From Halodesulfurarchaeum sp. (GTDB lineage: Archaea > Halobacteriota > Halobacteria > Halobacteriales > Halobacteriaceae), in NCBI GenBank assembly GCA_034520565.1, contig JAXHNL010000002.1, forward strand, positions 128,001 to 192,000: DNA of 64,000 nucleotides, in the 5' to 3' direction. Of the stretch, positions 60,650 through 64,000 are shown piece by piece. The position numbers and the translations under genes were made by a program. The notes under the pieces were generated by a model. The model saw nothing but the letters and a program-made list of their open reading frames with translations. It searched no databases and was not told the DNA's origin. The stretch's first letter is position 1, and each line of letters opens with the position of its first letter.

Positions 60650-62602
60650 ATGACCGAGGAGTCGCAGGTTACGTTCTATCCCTGGAAGAAGACGATCGAC
60701 GTGAAGCCCGATACGACCCTTCTCGATGCAGCCGAAAACGCAGGGGTGAGCATCGAAGGGCTCTGTGCCGGTAACGGCCGCTGTGGGACGTGCAAGGCGA
60801 TCATCGGCGAGGGGGATGAGTACCTCTCCCCGGTCACCAAGGCAGAAGAGCAGACACTCTCCACCAAACAGCTCGAGGACGGCTACCGTCTGACCTGTCG
60901 CGCGAAGATGGCCGAATCCGGCTCGGTCGACGTGACCGTTCCACCGGACTCCCAGAAGACCGCTGGCATCGTGCTCACGGAGGGCCACGAACTCGAGTAC
61001 GCCATCGATCCCGTCGTCAAGAAGTACCACGTGGATCTGCCGCTCCCGTCGCTATCGGACAACCTCGCGGACTACGAGCGGATCGGGGAGGCCCTCGAAA
61101 GGACCTACGACCTCGAACTGGAAGCCGTGGACTACGAGGCCCAACGGGAACTCCCGAACCGGATGCGCGAACGGGAGAGCGAGGACCGCCTGGAGGCCAC
61201 CGCAACCGTCTACGACGGAAGGGAACTCATCGACGTCGAGCCCGGGCTCTCCGAGACCGCCTACGGGCTGGCCATCGACCTGGGCACGACCACCGTCGCG
61301 ACGTACCTCGTGAACCTGAAAAACGGGGAAACCGAGGCGGTCAGCTCGCAACTCAACCCCCAGACGAAGCAGGGCGGGGACATCATGACTCGAATGCGGT
61401 ACACGCGCCGGAACGACGACGGTCGGGAGGAACTCAAAGCGGAAATCCGGGACGGGATCAACGAGACCATCGAGGAGGTCGTCACCGAGGCCGACATCGA
61501 GCGCGAGAACATCTACGAGAGCGTCTTCGTGGGCAACACGGCGATGCATCACCTCTTCTTGGGCATCGATCCAGCCTACGTGGCCGGCTCCCCCTACGTG
61601 GCCGCTCGGGAAGCCCCGATCGAGGTCAAGGCCCGCGAACTCGGCATCGACATCAACGAGTCCGGATACGTGTACTGGCTCCCGGTCAGCGGCGGATGGG
61701 TCGGCCCGGACAAGGTATCCGTGCTCTTGGTCGCCGGCCACTACAAGGAGGAGCCGACCACGGTCTGCATCGACATCGGAACGAACGGCGAGATTTCGGT
61801 GGGCAACGAGGACGAAATGCTCGTCACCTCCGCGCCGGCCGGCCCGGCCCTCGAGGGCGCGGAACTCCGATACGGGGTCCGCGCGCAGGCCGGCGCGATC
61901 GAGACGTTGTGGATCGATCCGGAGACGCTCGAGCCCGAGTACGAGACCATCGATGACGAGCCGCCCAACGGTATTACGGGGTCGGGCGTGATCGACGCGC
62001 TGGCCCAGCTGTTCGAGGTCGGCATCGTCGACCAGCGCGGGAAGTTCCGCGAGGAGGTGCTCGACCATCCACGGGTTCGCGAGAACGACGACGGGGAACT
62101 CGAGTACGTCGTCGCACCCGAGGCGGAGGCCGCCCTCGCGGAGGACATCGTGCTCACCCAGAACGACATTCGCTCGATCCAGATGGCCAAGGCCGCGATC
62201 CAGGCCGGGACCCGCGTGCTCATGAGCGAACTCGACATCGACAACCCGGACCGGGTGCTCATGGCCGGGGCCTTCGGGAACTACATCGATAAAATCTCCG
62301 CGATGACGATCGGCATGTACCCGGATATCGACCCCGACGACGTGATCTCACTCGGGAACGCCGCGGGCGTCGGCGCCAAACTCGCCCTGCTCGATAAAGA
62401 GCGACGGGCCGAGGCCGTCAGGATCGTCGACGAGGTGGAGTACTTCGAAATCGCCGGCACGGACGTCTTCCAGGAGAACTTCATGGAGTCGATGTATCTC
62501 CCTCACCAGGACTTCGACCTCTACCCGCACGTCAAAGAGCGGGTACAGAAGAGCCGGGAACTCGAGGCGGCACGGCTCGAGGCAGCTGAATCGGAGGACT
62601 GA
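60650..62602 (+). CDS. ASKHA-domain corrinoid activator (RACo), copy 2
   Basis: CAGNGRCGTC...RLTC; DLGTTT, DIGTNGE, AGPALEG, AGAFG; paralog of 19632. Confidence 0.9.
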   Translation: MTEESQVTFYPWKKTIDVKPDTTLLDAAENAGVSIEGLCAGNGRCGTCKAIIGEGDEYLSPVTKAEEQTLSTKQLEDGYRLTCRAKMAESGSVDVTVPPDSQKTAGIVLTEGHELEYAIDPVVKKYHVDLPLPSLSDNLADYERIGEALERTYDLELEAVDYEAQRELPNRMRERESEDRLEATATVYDGRELIDVEPGLSETAYGLAIDLGTTTVATYLVNLKNGETEAVSSQLNPQTKQGGDIMTRMRYTRRNDDGREELKAEIRDGINETIEEVVTEADIERENIYESVFVGNTAMHHLFLGIDPAYVAGSPYVAAREAPIEVKARELGIDINESGYVYWLPVSGGWVGPDKVSVLLVAGHYKEEPTTVCIDIGTNGEISVGNEDEMLVTSAPAGPALEGAELRYGVRAQAGAIETLWIDPETLEPEYETIDDEPPNGITGSGVIDALAQLFEVGIVDQRGKFREEVLDHPRVRENDDGELEYVVAPEAEAALAEDIVLTQNDIRSIQMAKAAIQAGTRVLMSELDIDNPDRVLMAGAFGNYIDKISAMTIGMYPDIDPDDVISLGNAAGVGAKLALLDKERRAEAVRIVDEVEYFEIAGTDVFQENFMESMYLPHQDFDLYPHVKERVQKSRELEAARLEAAESED

Positions 62603-62681
62603 CCGACCGGGAACGGTTCCACGACCGGGCGGCCCGGAGGATTGTGCCGAAAAATTCCACGTTCGAGGGGACCCGACGACG

Positions 62682-63590
62682 TTACCGGAAAATCTTGAAC
62701 AGCGGGTGATCGGTGTCCGCGCGGCGACCTTCGCCCATCTGGGCGCCGTAGGCGACGTAGGCGTCGGCGGTGGACATGACCTCGAACATCTCGGCGGCGC
62801 CGTGGACCGGACCGTAGATGTTGAAGTCCGCACCCAGTATCGCGATGACGGAGTTCGCGACGGCCTGGCGGAGCTGCCGTGAGTTCTCCGTGAGCGGGTC
62901 GTTCATCTCCCACTGGATGACCTCGTTGTGGGGCGCACACCCCATCGGGATTCCGTACTCCTTCTTGAGTTCGTGAATGATCTTCGCTACGTAGCCCGAG
63001 TCGGGGATGTCGATGACGCCGGGGTCGACGATCGGCTGGTCGATCCCGGCCTCCTCGGCCACCTCGAGGTTGGCGTCGAGGGCGTTCCGGCGACCGTCGA
63101 TTGACATGTCCGTCGTGTCGATCGAAAGAAGGACCGCCGAGTTGATACCTGACTCCTGAATCGCCTCGATCTCCTCGTCGACTTGCTTGGTGGAGGACTC
63201 GATCGAATTGTAGATGATCTGGTCCTCGATGCCGATTTCGCCGGCGAACTTCGCGGCTTCGGATCGGATCGAGGGGGTCGGCCCGTCCATGAAGATCGGG
63301 GCGTCGGTCGCGTCGGCCATGAACTCGATGTGTTTTTTCAGGGCCTCGGGTGAGTCACCGATGGTGTCGAAGGCCGGTGGGTTCCCGGTCTGCTCGGCCA
63401 CTTCTTCGACCTTCTCGACCGCCTCCATTGCGGCCTCCTCGTCGAACTCGCCGGTCTTCGGGTCGACCTGAACGTCGTCTCCCTTGTAGAAGATGCTCCC
63501 GACCATGAGCGTGGGCGTTTCCCCCGGTTGCCCACCGATCTTCGTGCCGTTGATCTCGTATACGTCTTGCTCCGCCTCGAAGGTGAACAT
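62682..63590 (-). CDS. mtrH: MtrH-family methyltransferase (MtgA/MtoA-like methyl-corrinoid:pterin MT2)
   Basis: MFTFEAEQ...IGGQPGE.PT...GSIFY, IYNS, GCAPHN, GADF..YGP; no other mtr subunits in the window. Confidence 0.85.
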   Translation of the reverse strand: MFTFEAEQDVYEINGTKIGGQPGETPTLMVGSIFYKGDDVQVDPKTGEFDEEAAMEAVEKVEEVAEQTGNPPAFDTIGDSPEALKKHIEFMADATDAPIFMDGPTPSIRSEAAKFAGEIGIEDQIIYNSIESSTKQVDEEIEAIQESGINSAVLLSIDTTDMSIDGRRNALDANLEVAEEAGIDQPIVDPGVIDIPDSGYVAKIIHELKKEYGIPMGCAPHNEVIQWEMNDPLTENSRQLRQAVANSVIAILGADFNIYGPVHGAAEMFEVMSTADAYVAYGAQMGEGRRADTDHPLFKIFR

Positions 63591-63697
63591 CGCTAGGAAT
63601 TCGACTACGAGCCAAGTTAATTCTTCTCAATTTCGTTCGGGTTTCAGGCCGTCAGCCTGCAAATCTTACCGGATACTGGCGGTCTGGTCCGGGCTGG

Positions 63698-64000
63698 TTA
63701 GACGTACTGCTTCCGCCACGCCTCGGTGTCCCCGGCCTGGTTGAACGTGTAGAGGTGGACGGCCTCGATCCCGTAGTCGCCGGTCTCGTAGTACCCTCCA
63801 ATCCCCTCGATGAAATCATCCGGGGCGTACTGGCCCCGGGAGCCGATGAACTGTTTGACGAAGTCGAGAATCCCCGTCGTCTTGCGGAGGTAATTGAGCG
63901 AGTCGCCCACGCCGATTTCTCGAGAGATCTTCAGGAGTCGCTGGTACTTCATGACACCCGGCACGCCGACGATGATCGGCAGAGAGACATCGGCTTCCTC
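63698..64000 (-). CDS. metF: Methylenetetrahydrofolate reductase (MetF-like), 3' part
   Basis: LPIIVGVPG...L..IS.EIGVG.S..YL, HLYTFNQ; 5' end lies beyond the window. Confidence 0.7.
   Translation of the reverse strand, partial: EEADVSLPIIVGVPGVMKYQRLLKISREIGVGDSLNYLRKTTGILDFVKQFIGSRGQYAPDDFIEGIGGYYETGDYGIEAVHLYTFNQAGDTEAWRKQYV

Noticed and set aside
62682-63590. Evidence of methanogenesis or an Mtr complex
   Set aside because: MtrH is stand-alone; no mtrA-G or mcr in the window; context is THF-based (fhs, metF)
1-64000. CRISPR arrays, IS elements, integrases, rRNA
   Set aside because: No regularly spaced repeats, transposase or integrase motifs, or rRNA-like sequence seen by eye

Overview
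High-GC, acidic-proteome DNA typical of an extremely halophilic archaeon (class Halobacteria), most consistent with an anaerobic, sulfur-respiring lineage (inference; no search run). The window is dominated by cobalamin-dependent methyl-group catabolism. (i) 19.6-35 kb: a partly decaying cluster with four ~430-aa UroD-fold proteins resembling MtvB/MtoB-type O-demethylase MT1 enzymes, two near-identical corrinoid proteins, an ASKHA/RACo corrinoid activator, an AcsE-like methyl-THF methyltransferase, DUF1638, MFS/MATE transporters and IclR. This is a candidate haloarchaeal methoxylated-aromatic demethylation system. (ii) 50-64 kb: a non-pyrrolysine MttB/MtgB-like methyltransferase, an MtrH/MtgA-like MT2, a second RACo, MetF, Fhs and two cytoplasmic formate dehydrogenases, i.e. 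a methyl-THF to formate to CO2 oxidation branch. (iii) A Tat-exported PsrABC-like molybdoenzyme operon as a possible terminal reductase. (iv) A second, divergent MttB gene behind a MoxR-AAA/vWA/Zn-ribbon operon. Also present: split LplA/LplB, MetY, GlpABC, Sph-RdfA, tRNA-Val(TAC) with a downstream repeat element, and a concentration of frameshifts and deletions between 25 and 43 kb. All product calls come from motif recognition by eye; start codons were chosen manually.
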